Below are positions 27,927 to 36,801 of a stretch of DNA of 64,000 nt, piece after piece (position 1 is the first letter of the stretch; each line of letters opens with the position of its first letter). Origin of the DNA: Abditibacterium sp. (GTDB taxonomy: Bacteria > Armatimonadota > Abditibacteriia > Abditibacteriales > Abditibacteriaceae); NCBI GenBank assembly GCA_965246885.1, contig OZ251992.1, positions 2,144,001-2,208,000 on the forward strand. Direction: 5' to 3'. The translations under genes and the position numbers were made by a program. Below the pieces are notes generated by a model that ran no database searches, was not told the origin of the DNA, and saw only the letters and a list, made by a program, of their open reading frames with translations.

Positions 27927-28750
27927 CCGATTATTCCTACCAATTGCGCGAAACGCTCGTTCACCTCGAAGGCGTTTCCAAGAGCTACGACGGCGTGCCC
28001 GTCCTACGCGACGTGAACATCGAAGTGAAGAACCTCGTGCGCCCCGAATGTCAGCAGGGGCAAGTCGTGGCGCTTCTGGGGCCGTCCGGCATGGGCAAGA
28101 CCACGCTGTTCCGCATCTTGGCCGGATTGGAGGTGCCCGATGCCGGACAGGTGCTGGTTGGCGCCGAGCAGAAACCCGTCCGGCGTGGGCAAATCGGCGT
28201 CGTGGCGCAGAACTACCCGCTTTTTGCGCACCGCACCGTCATGGGCAACCTCATGGTCGCGGGCGCGCAGGTCGGCTTGCGCGGAAGTGACGCCAAGGCC
28301 AAGGCCAGCGACTTGCTCGCGCGCTTTGGCATGGACGGGCAGGGGAGTAAATACCCCTCGCAACTGTCGGGCGGGCAAAAGCAGCGCGCCGCCATCGCGC
28401 AGCAGTTCATGTGCTCCGACGCTTTCTTGCTGATGGACGAGCCGTTTTCCGGCCTCGACATTCTCGCGCAGGAAACGCTCATCCGCTTTATCCGCGACAT
28501 CGCCGCCCACGACGAACTGATGACGTTCATTCTCATTACGCACGACATCTCCGCCGCGCTCCAAATCGCCGATACCGTGTGGGTCTTGGGCCGCGACCGC
28601 GATGAAGCGGGCCGCCCTGTTTCCGGCGCGCGCGTGCAAGCGAGCTTCAACCTCATCGAGCGCGGCTTGGCGTGGCACGAGGACATTGCCGCACTGCCGG
28701 AGTTCGCCCTCTTGCGGCGGGAAATCCGCGACTCCTTCGCGCGCTTGTAA
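27923..28750 (+). CDS. ABC transporter ATP-binding protein
   Basis: GPSGMGKT, LSGGQKQR, LLMDEPF, ITHD. Confidence 0.93.
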   Translation: MTDYSYQLRETLVHLEGVSKSYDGVPVLRDVNIEVKNLVRPECQQGQVVALLGPSGMGKTTLFRILAGLEVPDAGQVLVGAEQKPVRRGQIGVVAQNYPLFAHRTVMGNLMVAGAQVGLRGSDAKAKASDLLARFGMDGQGSKYPSQLSGGQKQRAAIAQQFMCSDAFLLMDEPFSGLDILAQETLIRFIRDIAAHDELMTFILITHDISAALQIADTVWVLGRDRDEAGRPVSGARVQASFNLIERGLAWHEDIAALPEFALLRREIRDSFARL

Positions 28751-28783
28751 GGGCACGCGGTTCGCTTAACTACAGGAAAGACT

Positions 28784-29623
28784 ATGAAGAACCGTTACTT
28801 GGCCGCCTTGCAGGAAAACGCTAACCTCATCGGCATGGCGTCGGTGGTGGCGCTGTCGGCGGCGACGGGCGCGTGGGTGTTGCTCCTTGCGGGTGTGGTC
28901 GCCGAGGCCGCGTATCTCATCTTCGTGCCCGACTCCAAGTGGTTCGAGAAGCGGTTGTCGGCGCAGCACGACGCCGAAATCGAAGCGCACCGCCAGAAAA
29001 TCAAGCTCGAAACCCTGCCGCGCCTGCGCCCCAGCCTACGCGCGCGCTTCGAGAAGTTGGAAACCGCGCGCGCCGGAATCGAGCGCCAAGCCGCGCCGGA
29101 CAAGAAGTGGATGCGCGAAGTGCTGCGCAAGCTCGACTTCCTGCTCGAAAAGTTTCTCCAATTCGCCTTGAAGGATCAGCAATTCCGCAATTACCTTTTC
29201 GAGGCGCAGCAGGAAATCCACCCCACGCCCACTCCGCGCGGCGCCGACCCGCTCGAACTCAACGACAAATGGACGCGCGACTGCGTGCAGTTTTTGCAAG
29301 CCTCCTACACGCGCGACCTCGACCAATTGCAAGCCCAGCGCGACGACGAGACGGACGACTCCACCAAAGCCATCCTCGAAAAGCGCCTCGAAGTGCTGGG
29401 CAGGCGCCGTGACTTCATTGCCCGCATCGGGAAAATTGTCGCCAACCTCACGCAGCAGTTGGCGCTGTTGGAGGACACCTTCGGCCTCATTTCCGACGAA
29501 CTGCTCGCCCGCGCGCCCGAACAAGTGCTCGGCGACATAGACGACGTGGTGAGCCAAACCAACGCCATGACGCAGGTCTTGGAAGAACTCGCTCCTTTTG
29601 AAAGGATGCTGTCGAACGTGTAA
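28784..29623 (+). CDS. Membrane-anchored alpha-helical / coiled-coil protein
   Basis: Two N-terminal hydrophobic segments followed by charged heptad-rich helices; RBS-like AGGA upstream. Confidence 0.8.
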   Translation: MKNRYLAALQENANLIGMASVVALSAATGAWVLLLAGVVAEAAYLIFVPDSKWFEKRLSAQHDAEIEAHRQKIKLETLPRLRPSLRARFEKLETARAGIERQAAPDKKWMREVLRKLDFLLEKFLQFALKDQQFRNYLFEAQQEIHPTPTPRGADPLELNDKWTRDCVQFLQASYTRDLDQLQAQRDDETDDSTKAILEKRLEVLGRRRDFIARIGKIVANLTQQLALLEDTFGLISDELLARAPEQVLGDIDDVVSQTNAMTQVLEELAPFERMLSNV

Positions 29624-29659
29624 TGGGCAAGCGTCCTCACCCCATAAACTCCCCCTCCA

Positions 29660-30370
29660 ATGAGCCTTCTTTCCAAAGCCATGTCGCTGTTAGTCGAGCA
29701 AGCGCCCAAGCCCAATATTTCCAGCTTGCGCTCGGACGACATCACCACCGACGACATCCCGCTCCCCGCCGACGCGCGCTTGAGCTACGAGATGGACACG
29801 CCGCGCCCTAAGTCTGTCGCCGACATCGCGCGCGAAACCGACGGCCCCGACCTCGACAAGGTTCAGGTAGACGGCGCCGCCGTGCCCGCAACCAGCGCCG
29901 ATAAGCCGCTCGACTTTCCCGCCATCTACCGCGCCGCCAAACTGCCCGAAGCCGAAGTGGGCGCGGAGAAGATACTGGAAATGCTCGCCTCGCTCCCGCA
30001 AGAGTTGCCGCTCGAAACCAAGCGCGCCACCGTCAAAGCGATGCTGTCCACCTTCGCCAAGACGACCGGCGCCACGCCGGAAACCCTCGTCGCCGACGCT
30101 TCGCGCAAACTCGCCGCGCTCCAGTCGTTCTCGACGTTCATGGAAAAGAAGACGACCGACACCATCACGGCAGGCGAAGCCGCCATCAACGACCTGCAAG
30201 CCCAAATCGAAGCCAAACGCACCGAACTTCTGCAAGCCCGCACGGAACTGGCGCGCGTGCAGCAGTCCTGCGAGAGCGAGGCCCACCGCCTCGACGACGT
30301 GCTGGAGTTCTTCTCCCTCGACCAAGGCGCCTCCAAATACGCGCCGGGAAGCGCGGGCGCCGCCGCGTGA
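29660..30370 (+). CDS. Hypothetical protein with C-terminal coiled coil
   Basis: Acidic low-complexity N-terminus and helical C-terminus (INDLQAQIEAKRTELLQARTELARV); co-oriented in the operon. Confidence 0.78.
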   Translation: MSLLSKAMSLLVEQAPKPNISSLRSDDITTDDIPLPADARLSYEMDTPRPKSVADIARETDGPDLDKVQVDGAAVPATSADKPLDFPAIYRAAKLPEAEVGAEKILEMLASLPQELPLETKRATVKAMLSTFAKTTGATPETLVADASRKLAALQSFSTFMEKKTTDTITAGEAAINDLQAQIEAKRTELLQARTELARVQQSCESEAHRLDDVLEFFSLDQGASKYAPGSAGAAA

Positions 30371-30723
30371 AAGACGGCGCGGCCCCGCCCGAGGACACCT
30401 TTTACTGTGCCCGTTGCCAGACCGTGTTCGCCGACAGGCCGCTCTTTTGCCCGAACTGCGACTCGCTCAAGAAACAGCGCGCCCAATCGAAAGGAACAAG
30501 CGGCTCCTTGTTTCGCTACCTCTGCCTGCTTTTCCTTGTGCCGGGTCTGCTGTCGGCTGTGGTGGGGATAGTTTTCTGGCCGTTCCTCTTCTTCGCTATC
30601 CCGTTCCTTCTGCTGTTTGCCGTGTTCGGAGCAATGGCGGGAGTGCCCGCGCTGTGGGAAGATGTGCGCGATTTAGAGGGGCAATTCAGAGGGTGGCAAT
30701 GCCGAGTGGAAGAGGACGACTAA
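30367..30723 (+). CDS. Small zinc-ribbon membrane protein
   Basis: CARC...CPNC then two TM segments; GTGA overlap with the upstream stop. Confidence 0.6.
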   Translation: MKDGAAPPEDTFYCARCQTVFADRPLFCPNCDSLKKQRAQSKGTSGSLFRYLCLLFLVPGLLSAVVGIVFWPFLFFAIPFLLLFAVFGAMAGVPALWEDVRDLEGQFRGWQCRVEEDD

Positions 30724-30810
30724 CTGGCGCCCGCGCCCTGTGCGCCCGCACGCCCCGTTGTGGCTAAAATAGTTCTGGTGTAAATCCGTCCGTCCCGCGT
30801 CTTTTCAATC

Positions 30811-31569
30811 ATGCTCAAACGCATTTCTAACGTCTTCAAAGCTATCCTCAATATGTTCGTGTCCGGCGCCGAGCGCGCCAACCCGAAGATGATGCTGGAG
30901 CAGGAGAAAGAGAACCTGCGCGTCCAAATCGCGCACTACAATCAGGGCCTCGCCACGCACGCCGGGTTGTGCGAGCGCTTGATGAGCAACGTCAAGCGCC
31001 TCGAAGCGCAGGAAAAGGACGAACGCGCCAAAGCGGGAGCCAACCTGCGCGCCGGAAACCGCGAATTGGCGGGCCAATACGCCCTCCAACTCCAAGCCAC
31101 GACCGGGCGTTTGGCCGAAGAGCGCGCGCAATTGGAAGGCGCCGAAAAGACCTACCGCGACCTCGTCAAGACGCGCGACATCACCGTCGCCGACGCCAAA
31201 AAGAAGATCGAGGACTTGAAGTACGCCATCGGTGACCTCGAAGTCAAGCGCGCCACCGCCGAAATGATGGAAATGGCGGGCGGCATGATTTCTTCAATTG
31301 GCGGGTCGGGCGACACGCTCAACCGCCTCGAAGAAATGGTCGGCGAGGAGCGCGAAAAAGCCGGAGGCCGCGCCCGCGTCGCCAAAGACTCGCTCAACAC
31401 CACCGACTTCCAAGCCAAAGAATCGGAACACGCCGCCCTCGCCGACCAAGCCCTCGCCGACTTCGCCGCCGCCGAAGGCATGGCCCTCGACCCCGCCATG
31501 CCCTCCGATTCGGGCACCCCCGGCGCCGCTAAGAAAATGGGACAACAGGGGCAGAGCGCGAGTGGGTGA
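30811..31569 (+). CDS. PspA/IM30 (Vipp1, bacterial ESCRT-III) family protein
   Basis: Amphipathic N-terminus MLKRISNVFKAILNMFVS, ERANPKMMLEQ (the family E-[DN]-P motif), long coiled coil, GNRELA turn, LNRLEEMV. Confidence 0.88.
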   Translation: MLKRISNVFKAILNMFVSGAERANPKMMLEQEKENLRVQIAHYNQGLATHAGLCERLMSNVKRLEAQEKDERAKAGANLRAGNRELAGQYALQLQATTGRLAEERAQLEGAEKTYRDLVKTRDITVADAKKKIEDLKYAIGDLEVKRATAEMMEMAGGMISSIGGSGDTLNRLEEMVGEEREKAGGRARVAKDSLNTTDFQAKESEHAALADQALADFAAAEGMALDPAMPSDSGTPGAAKKMGQQGQSASG

Positions 31570-31585
31570 TTCTTCCGCGCAAGCG

Positions 31586-31623
31586 CAAACCCCGCAACTC
31601 GATGGAGACGCGGGGTTTGGTTT
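31586..31623. terminator. Hairpin between convergent pspA-like and vapC genes
   Basis: CAAACCCCGC...GCGGGGTTTG 10-bp stem followed by a T-rich tail. Confidence 0.6.
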
Positions 31624-32008
31624 AGCTGGTTGTCTTGATGGGATAACCGAGGACGGCGGTGTCCACCGTGATAATCGTCAAATCGTGTTGCAGCGCCTGA
31701 CAAATCAAGATGCGGTCGAACGGATCACGATGCAGGGATAGCAAGGTCGGCAAGTAAGAAACGGTCTGTTCGTCAATAGCCAGCGTTGCGATTCGGTGCT
31801 TTTGTCGTTGTTCGGGAATGAATATCTCTGGCGATGCGGGCAAAGGCAACTTGCCGATTTGATGCTTGACGACAATCTCCCACACCGACGCCGCACTCAG
31901 ATAAACCTCGTTTTGCGGGTCGCGGATAAGAGACGAGGTCGCATTGGATAGCTGCCTATCGCTCGTGATGAACCACAGAAAGATATGAGTGTCGAGGAGG
32001 AATCTCAT
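31622..32008 (-). CDS. vapC: Type II TA toxin, VapC/PIN family
   Basis: MRFLLDTHIFLW, SAASVWEI, HRDPFDRILICQA, TVD: the PIN acidic residues are present. Confidence 0.92.
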   Translation of the reverse strand: MRFLLDTHIFLWFITSDRQLSNATSSLIRDPQNEVYLSAASVWEIVVKHQIGKLPLPASPEIFIPEQRQKHRIATLAIDEQTVSYLPTLLSLHRDPFDRILICQALQHDLTIITVDTAVLGYPIKTTS

Positions 32009-32355
32009 TTCCCCTCAAACGATGCAATGATGTCTTCGGGCAAAGGCGCGTCGAAGTCATTGGGTACGACGAACTGACCCGCACATAATCCCATTGGACG
32101 CAACTCCGATTTCGTTGAAAGGCTGACTTCGGCGGTGTCGTAAGAGTCCATCTCCGGCGCGTCCCAATCGCCAAAAGTTGCAAACGACGCGCGAAGTTCC
32201 TCTGCCTCGGTTCGCCCGATGCCGCGCGCCCTCAAATCAACTCCCGCTTCATCTATAAAAGTTACGATGACGCGCGTTTCACTTTTCACGTCGGTGGGCA
32301 ACTCGGCGAGGTCTACGCGCCCGTTGCGATATGTCCCTTCAACAGTTGTCAACAT
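32005..32355 (-). CDS. Antitoxin (apparently chimeric)
   Basis: Overlaps the vapC start (ATGA). C-terminal RPMGLCAGQFVVPNDFDAPLPEDII is typical of antitoxins paired with this VapC subtype. Confidence 0.75.
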   Translation of the reverse strand: MLTTVEGTYRNGRVDLAELPTDVKSETRVIVTFIDEAGVDLRARGIGRTEAEELRASFATFGDWDAPEMDSYDTAEVSLSTKSELRPMGLCAGQFVVPNDFDAPLPEDIIASFEGK

Positions 32356-32488
32356 GGTTTTGCCTCGCCTTCATTTTACCAACCCTACCGCGAGAGAGAC
32401 CAAGCTCACCCGCCAAAAGCCGGAGCCACGAACCAACGCAGTGCCCCGTTCCATACTGTAGATGGCTTTCAAGGCGTGCTTGTCACGC

Positions 32489-33028
32489 CTAATCGTTCAG
32501 TCTGCTTGCTTCACCCGCTTCTCTTGCTCTGCGACACCATTTCGTCGGTGGCGCTGCTTCCTCGGCAACACGCAACAGAGATTCTGCATCCTGACCGTTG
32601 TCAGGATAAAACGCCACCCCAATCGTAAGCGTGATCTGAACGACGTGCTGGTTGACGTTTAACGGCTGCTTGGCCAATTGCTCACGAATCTGTTGAGCGA
32701 CCATTCTGGCTTCGGCTCCCGATGCGGACGGCAACACCACGAAAAATTCATCGGTGCAAAAGCGACAGACCGTGACTTTGTCGCCTACAATCCCTTCAAA
32801 CCTTTGCGCCGACTGACACAGCACAAGGTCACCAGCCTCGTGGCCAAGCGAACAATTTAAATCCGAAAAGTGTTCGATGTCGGCAAAAAGAACGGCAGCC
32901 GTTTCGCCCCGTTGCTTTGCTTCGGCTACCGCACGTTCAAGCTGCGCCATGCCATAGCCCCGATTGTAAAGGCCGGTAAGCCGATCACGCTGGTTGTTCA
33001 TAGCGAACATTATAAGCCAAGGCGCCAA
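32489..33028 (-). CDS. Stand-alone degenerate GGDEF domain protein
   Basis: DRLTGLYNR, GHEAGD and TIGVA are retained; the signature reads RFCTDEF instead of RxGGDEF. Confidence 0.8.
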   Translation of the reverse strand: MAPWLIMFAMNNQRDRLTGLYNRGYGMAQLERAVAEAKQRGETAAVLFADIEHFSDLNCSLGHEAGDLVLCQSAQRFEGIVGDKVTVCRFCTDEFFVVLPSASGAEARMVAQQIREQLAKQPLNVNQHVVQITLTIGVAFYPDNGQDAESLLRVAEEAAPPTKWCRRAREAGEASRLND

Positions 33029-33112
33029 CGAGCCAATTAGAAGGGCGTCGGAGCATCCTGCGCCGCGACGTTCTTATGCCCGCCGCTTTTACGCCAAACT
33101 TCCCCCTACACA

Positions 33113-34750
33113 ATGGCTGTTTCCACTTGGTCGCAAGACCTCATCGCGCGCTATGAATCGGGGGCGAGCAACCAGTTCCTGTTGTATGGCAACGTCGAGG
33201 ACGAGTTCCTGCTGCGCGACGGGAAGGTGGGCACCATCCGCGACTTTCTGCTTGACACCTTGCTCGGCGGGTTCGATGTCGTGCTTTCCTACGACCTTGG
33301 AAACGGGTTGCGGGTCGAGAAGGGCGCGCCGATATTTTCGACTTGGCCCGCTTACAAGGCCAACCCGACTTTGCCGCGCGAGCCGCGTCCGGCGCTGGAT
33401 GCGCTTACACATTACGGGCGCTTCGCGGCGAATCTGGCGCGCGTCGGGCAATTGGCGCCGCGCGTGGCGGTGGTTGTCGGGAGCGTGCAACTGCTCGCGC
33501 CCGCCAGTCCGGGCGGCGTTGACCACGAAACGGGCGCCCTTGCGCTTATTATGCGCGAGTGGAGCCGCGACGCCCTGCTGGCCGATTCGCCCTTCGCGTC
33601 GTTCCTGATTGCCGAAAACCTCAACGATTTGCACGCCCTGCTGGTGCAGAACCCGCGCGCGGCGCGCTTCAAAGTGCCGCTTCCCGATGGAGATAATCTC
33701 GGCGCCGCGTTGGACGAGTGGAAAAAGACCGCGCCCATCGCGCTTTCGCAGTTCGCTGATGCTCTGCCCAACTTGGGCCAGCAACTCGCGGGCGCGTCGC
33801 TCGCCGCGCTGGACTCCCTCCTCAAAACCCGCGAACACGCCAAAACACCCCTCGCGCCGAACGATGTCGCGCGGCTCAAGAAGGAGTTGGTCGAGTCCGA
33901 TGCGGGGAGCCTGATTGAGTTCATCACCCCCACGCGCACCCTCGACGACCTCTACGGGCAGGAAAAGGTCAAGGCGCACCTGCGGGCCGACATCGCGCTG
34001 TGGACTCGCGGCGAATTAGAAGCGCTGCCCAAAGGCTACCTTCTGTGCGGCCCCGTCGGAACCGGCAAGACATTCTTGGTCGAGTGCTTAGCGGGCGAAG
34101 CGGGCGTGCCCGTCGTTAAAATCAAGAACTTCCGCGACCGATGGATTGGCTCGACCGAAGGCAACTTGGAGAAAATCTTCCGCTTGCTTGGCGCGCTCGG
34201 ACGCTGCTACGTTTTCGTGGATGAAGCGGATCAGTCGCTCGGCAAGCGCGATTCCGGGAGCGGCGATTCGGGCATTTCGGGGCGCGTCTACGGCATGTTC
34301 GCCGAGGAGATGAGCCGGAGCGACAACCGGGGCAAGATTATCTGGATACTCGCCAGTAGCCGCCCCGACCTCATCGAAGTGGACTTGAAACGACCGGGCC
34401 GCATAGATGTGAAAATTCCGCTTTTCCCGACGACAACACCCGAAGAATCCTTCCAACTCGTGCGCCAACTGCTCAAACGGCGCGGTCTGGACTTGGGCGT
34501 AGGCGGCTTCGAGGCCGTCAAAGCGCAGCTGCCTCTTCTCCTGACTCCCGGTGCGGCGGAAGCGCTCGCCGTCAAGGTCTTCCGCGATGTCAAAGTCGGC
34601 GGCAAAGCGCCCATAGATGCCCTCAAAGATTCGCTGCAAACTTACCGTCCCCCCATTGCGCCCGAAGTGTTGGGCGCGCAAATCGAGTTAGCGGTGCAGG
34701 AGTCCAGCGACTTGGAATGGGTGCCCGAAATGCTGCGCCCACGCAGTTGA
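33113..34750 (+). CDS. Classical-clade AAA+ ATPase with a probable inactive N-terminal ATPase-like domain
   Basis: Walker A GPVGTGKT, Walker B VFVDEAD, SRH SSRPDLIEVDLKRPGRID. The N-terminal ~270 aa has an alpha/beta pattern (FLLYGNVED) without an intact P-loop. Confidence 0.9.
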   Translation: MAVSTWSQDLIARYESGASNQFLLYGNVEDEFLLRDGKVGTIRDFLLDTLLGGFDVVLSYDLGNGLRVEKGAPIFSTWPAYKANPTLPREPRPALDALTHYGRFAANLARVGQLAPRVAVVVGSVQLLAPASPGGVDHETGALALIMREWSRDALLADSPFASFLIAENLNDLHALLVQNPRAARFKVPLPDGDNLGAALDEWKKTAPIALSQFADALPNLGQQLAGASLAALDSLLKTREHAKTPLAPNDVARLKKELVESDAGSLIEFITPTRTLDDLYGQEKVKAHLRADIALWTRGELEALPKGYLLCGPVGTGKTFLVECLAGEAGVPVVKIKNFRDRWIGSTEGNLEKIFRLLGALGRCYVFVDEADQSLGKRDSGSGDSGISGRVYGMFAEEMSRSDNRGKIIWILASSRPDLIEVDLKRPGRIDVKIPLFPTTTPEESFQLVRQLLKRRGLDLGVGGFEAVKAQLPLLLTPGAAEALAVKVFRDVKVGGKAPIDALKDSLQTYRPPIAPEVLGAQIELAVQESSDLEWVPEMLRPRS

Positions 34751-34788
34751 TACCGGACGCTTGCTGTTGCTAACGGCACCCCGTTCCA

Positions 34789-34809
34789 CCCCTCCTCTTC
34801 GAGGAGGGG
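34789..34809. terminator. Short GC-rich hairpin between convergent genes
   Basis: CCCCTCCTC-TTC-GAGGAGGGG perfect 9-bp stem. Confidence 0.5.
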
Positions 34810-34855
34810 AGTATAACGCCACCCTCAGTCTGTCACTTGCGGGCGACTAACTGGC

Positions 34856-35620
34856 TTAACCCGCACTGGCGGCTTTCGAGCGGGTCGCGGCGTGGTTCCA
34901 GCCGCGCAAGACAAGTCCAGAGTAGGTGTGGTCGTGTCCCTCTTCCATCTCATCCTGCCCAGAGTGCATTTGCACCAACACGGTTTTGCGGACTTGGCTG
35001 GAGCGGTTGGGCATCGAGCCGTGCAAGGTCAGGTAGTTAAAGAACACGACGTCGCCCGCCTTGGCTTCGAGCACGGTCGCGTTTTCGATGGAGTATTTCT
35101 CGGCGTCCGCGCCCTGAAGGTAATTGCCCTGTTGGAAGCGGCCCAGCTTGTGCGAGCCGGGATAAACGCGCAAGCACCCCATCTCATCGGTGGCGTCGGA
35201 CACGAAAATGACGCCCGCCATCATGGTGTCGTAGACGGACGGGAAGTAGGTGTAGTCTTGGTGCATCGGAAACGGCGAGCCGTTCTCGGCGGGCTTTTGA
35301 AACAGCTTGGTATGGTGCAAGATGATGTCTTCGCCGATTAACCCCGCCGTCTGATCGAGGAAGTTCTTGTGGAGCAAGGCGCGCAACCACACGGCAGAGA
35401 AGGTCTGCACTTGGTGGGTGTGGAAGATGACGGAGTTGCCGCCGTCCAACTTGGCCATTTCTTCGCCGCCCCAACGGGCGTTGGTTGCTTCTCCCGAATT
35501 GGACATCTGCGACACGATGCGGTCGAAGTCGCCCTCCATCGCGCGCAGATCGTCCGCGCCAAAAACGCCTTGGGCGTGGTAATAACCGTTCTCTTTCCAA
35601 AATTCTTGTGTGGTGGACAT
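34856..35620 (-). CDS. Phytanoyl-CoA dioxygenase (PhyH) family protein
   Basis: FWKENGY, KLFQKP, MHQD, GCLRVYPGSH and LHGSMPNRS. Confidence 0.9.
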   Translation of the reverse strand: MSTTQEFWKENGYYHAQGVFGADDLRAMEGDFDRIVSQMSNSGEATNARWGGEEMAKLDGGNSVIFHTHQVQTFSAVWLRALLHKNFLDQTAGLIGEDIILHHTKLFQKPAENGSPFPMHQDYTYFPSVYDTMMAGVIFVSDATDEMGCLRVYPGSHKLGRFQQGNYLQGADAEKYSIENATVLEAKAGDVVFFNYLTLHGSMPNRSSQVRKTVLVQMHSGQDEMEEGHDHTYSGLVLRGWNHAATRSKAASAG

Positions 35621-35709
35621 GGTGTGGTCGGAGCCGCGCGAAACACGAGCAACCTCGCGGCTTTGTTCCGTATCGCTGTATATTCTCCACTTTGCGCCGG
35701 GTTTTGCCC

Positions 35710-36597
35710 TTAGACCAAATCGCCGCGCTTTTGGATATTCGGGCCAGAGGGACGCTCCGTCAGTGGCCCGCCGCGCCGTCGAAAGTCGCCGGGCGGGTTG
35801 CCCGCGCGCCGCGCAAACACCCTCGAAAAGTGCGCGACATCCTCAAAGCCGACCTCCCGCGCGATGGATTTGATGGGTTTTGCGCTCCGCAATAGGAGCG
35901 ATTCCGCGCGGTCGAGACGCGCGCGCTCTATATATTGCGCGGGGCTGGTGCCGACAAACAAGGCGAACAAGCGCACCAGTTGGCGCGGCGAAACGTGGAT
36001 GTGCGCGGCGATTTCGGGAAGCGTCATCTTCTTGGCGAGGTTGTCGTGGATGTAACGGAGGGCTAATTGACATTGAAGCGCGCGGGCATCCGAGGCAGGG
36101 AGTGCGTCCGGTTGCGTTGCCGCACCAACCGAGAGAATCGCGCCCAACAGTGCCCCCACTAATTGGCGGAGCACCCACTCGCCCGAAGTCGCCGCTTCCC
36201 CTGCCACGCGTAATGTCTGCCACAGCGCCACCAAGGGTTCATCGCGCGCGACGACGACGGGCCGGTCGGCAAAGTCGCGCGCCATCTGACTCCGCCCATC
36301 AAGGGCAAATGACACCCAAAACAGTTCCATCGGGTGAGGCGCTGTGTTCACGATTTGATGAATTGCGCCCGGTCGCACCCAAAACGTATCGCCGCTTGCG
36401 ACGGGGTGAATCGCGTCGGGCGCGCGGAACTCGCCGCTTCCGTGCGCGCCGACAGTGCAAATCTCGAAATAGGTGTGGCGGTGCGGCAGGTTGTCCGGCA
36501 GATGGAATTGGTGATTCCACGAAATCACCTGCGCCCGTCCCCAGTCGCCCAACTCCCACTCTCCGCCCAAAGCGTTCAAGCGTTGCGTCCAAAGCAT
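35710..36597 (-). CDS. AraC family transcriptional regulator
   Basis: Cupin N-terminus (HRHTYFEI) and C-terminal double HTH (IAREVGFEDVAHFSRVF). Confidence 0.92.
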   Translation of the reverse strand: MLWTQRLNALGGEWELGDWGRAQVISWNHQFHLPDNLPHRHTYFEICTVGAHGSGEFRAPDAIHPVASGDTFWVRPGAIHQIVNTAPHPMELFWVSFALDGRSQMARDFADRPVVVARDEPLVALWQTLRVAGEAATSGEWVLRQLVGALLGAILSVGAATQPDALPASDARALQCQLALRYIHDNLAKKMTLPEIAAHIHVSPRQLVRLFALFVGTSPAQYIERARLDRAESLLLRSAKPIKSIAREVGFEDVAHFSRVFARRAGNPPGDFRRRGGPLTERPSGPNIQKRGDLV

Positions 36598-36615
36598 GGT
36601 CGGAGTTTGCGAAAG

Positions 36616-36769
36616 AGAGGGCGGCGACGCGATGGGAGACGTCTATCACCAAATCCCAGACGTCTGGGACTGCTCGGCGGACGTCCGCCATCGCGTCGCC
36701 GCCCTCTGGGACTCGGCGACAGACGTCTGGGACTCGGCGACAGACGTCTGGGACTCGGTTACAGACGTC
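36616..36769. repeat. Degenerate 21-bp-period array (GACGTC anchor) with nested inverted repeats
   Basis: GACGTC at 36638, 36659, 36680, 36722, 36743 and 36764; perfect 20-bp inverted repeat 36616-36635/36688-36707. Confidence 0.9.
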
Positions 36770-36801
36770 ACTCCTTCTTTGCTTGCCGCAAAATGAATGG
36801 C

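Noticed and set aside
36596..36796. Small heptad-repeat ORFs over the arrays (e.g. DVWDSAT repeats; also 24668..24964 minus)
   Set aside because: Any 21-nt repeat yields heptad peptides in several frames. No consistent frame, strand or RBS is shared between loci, so I do not call them CDS, though translation is not excluded.
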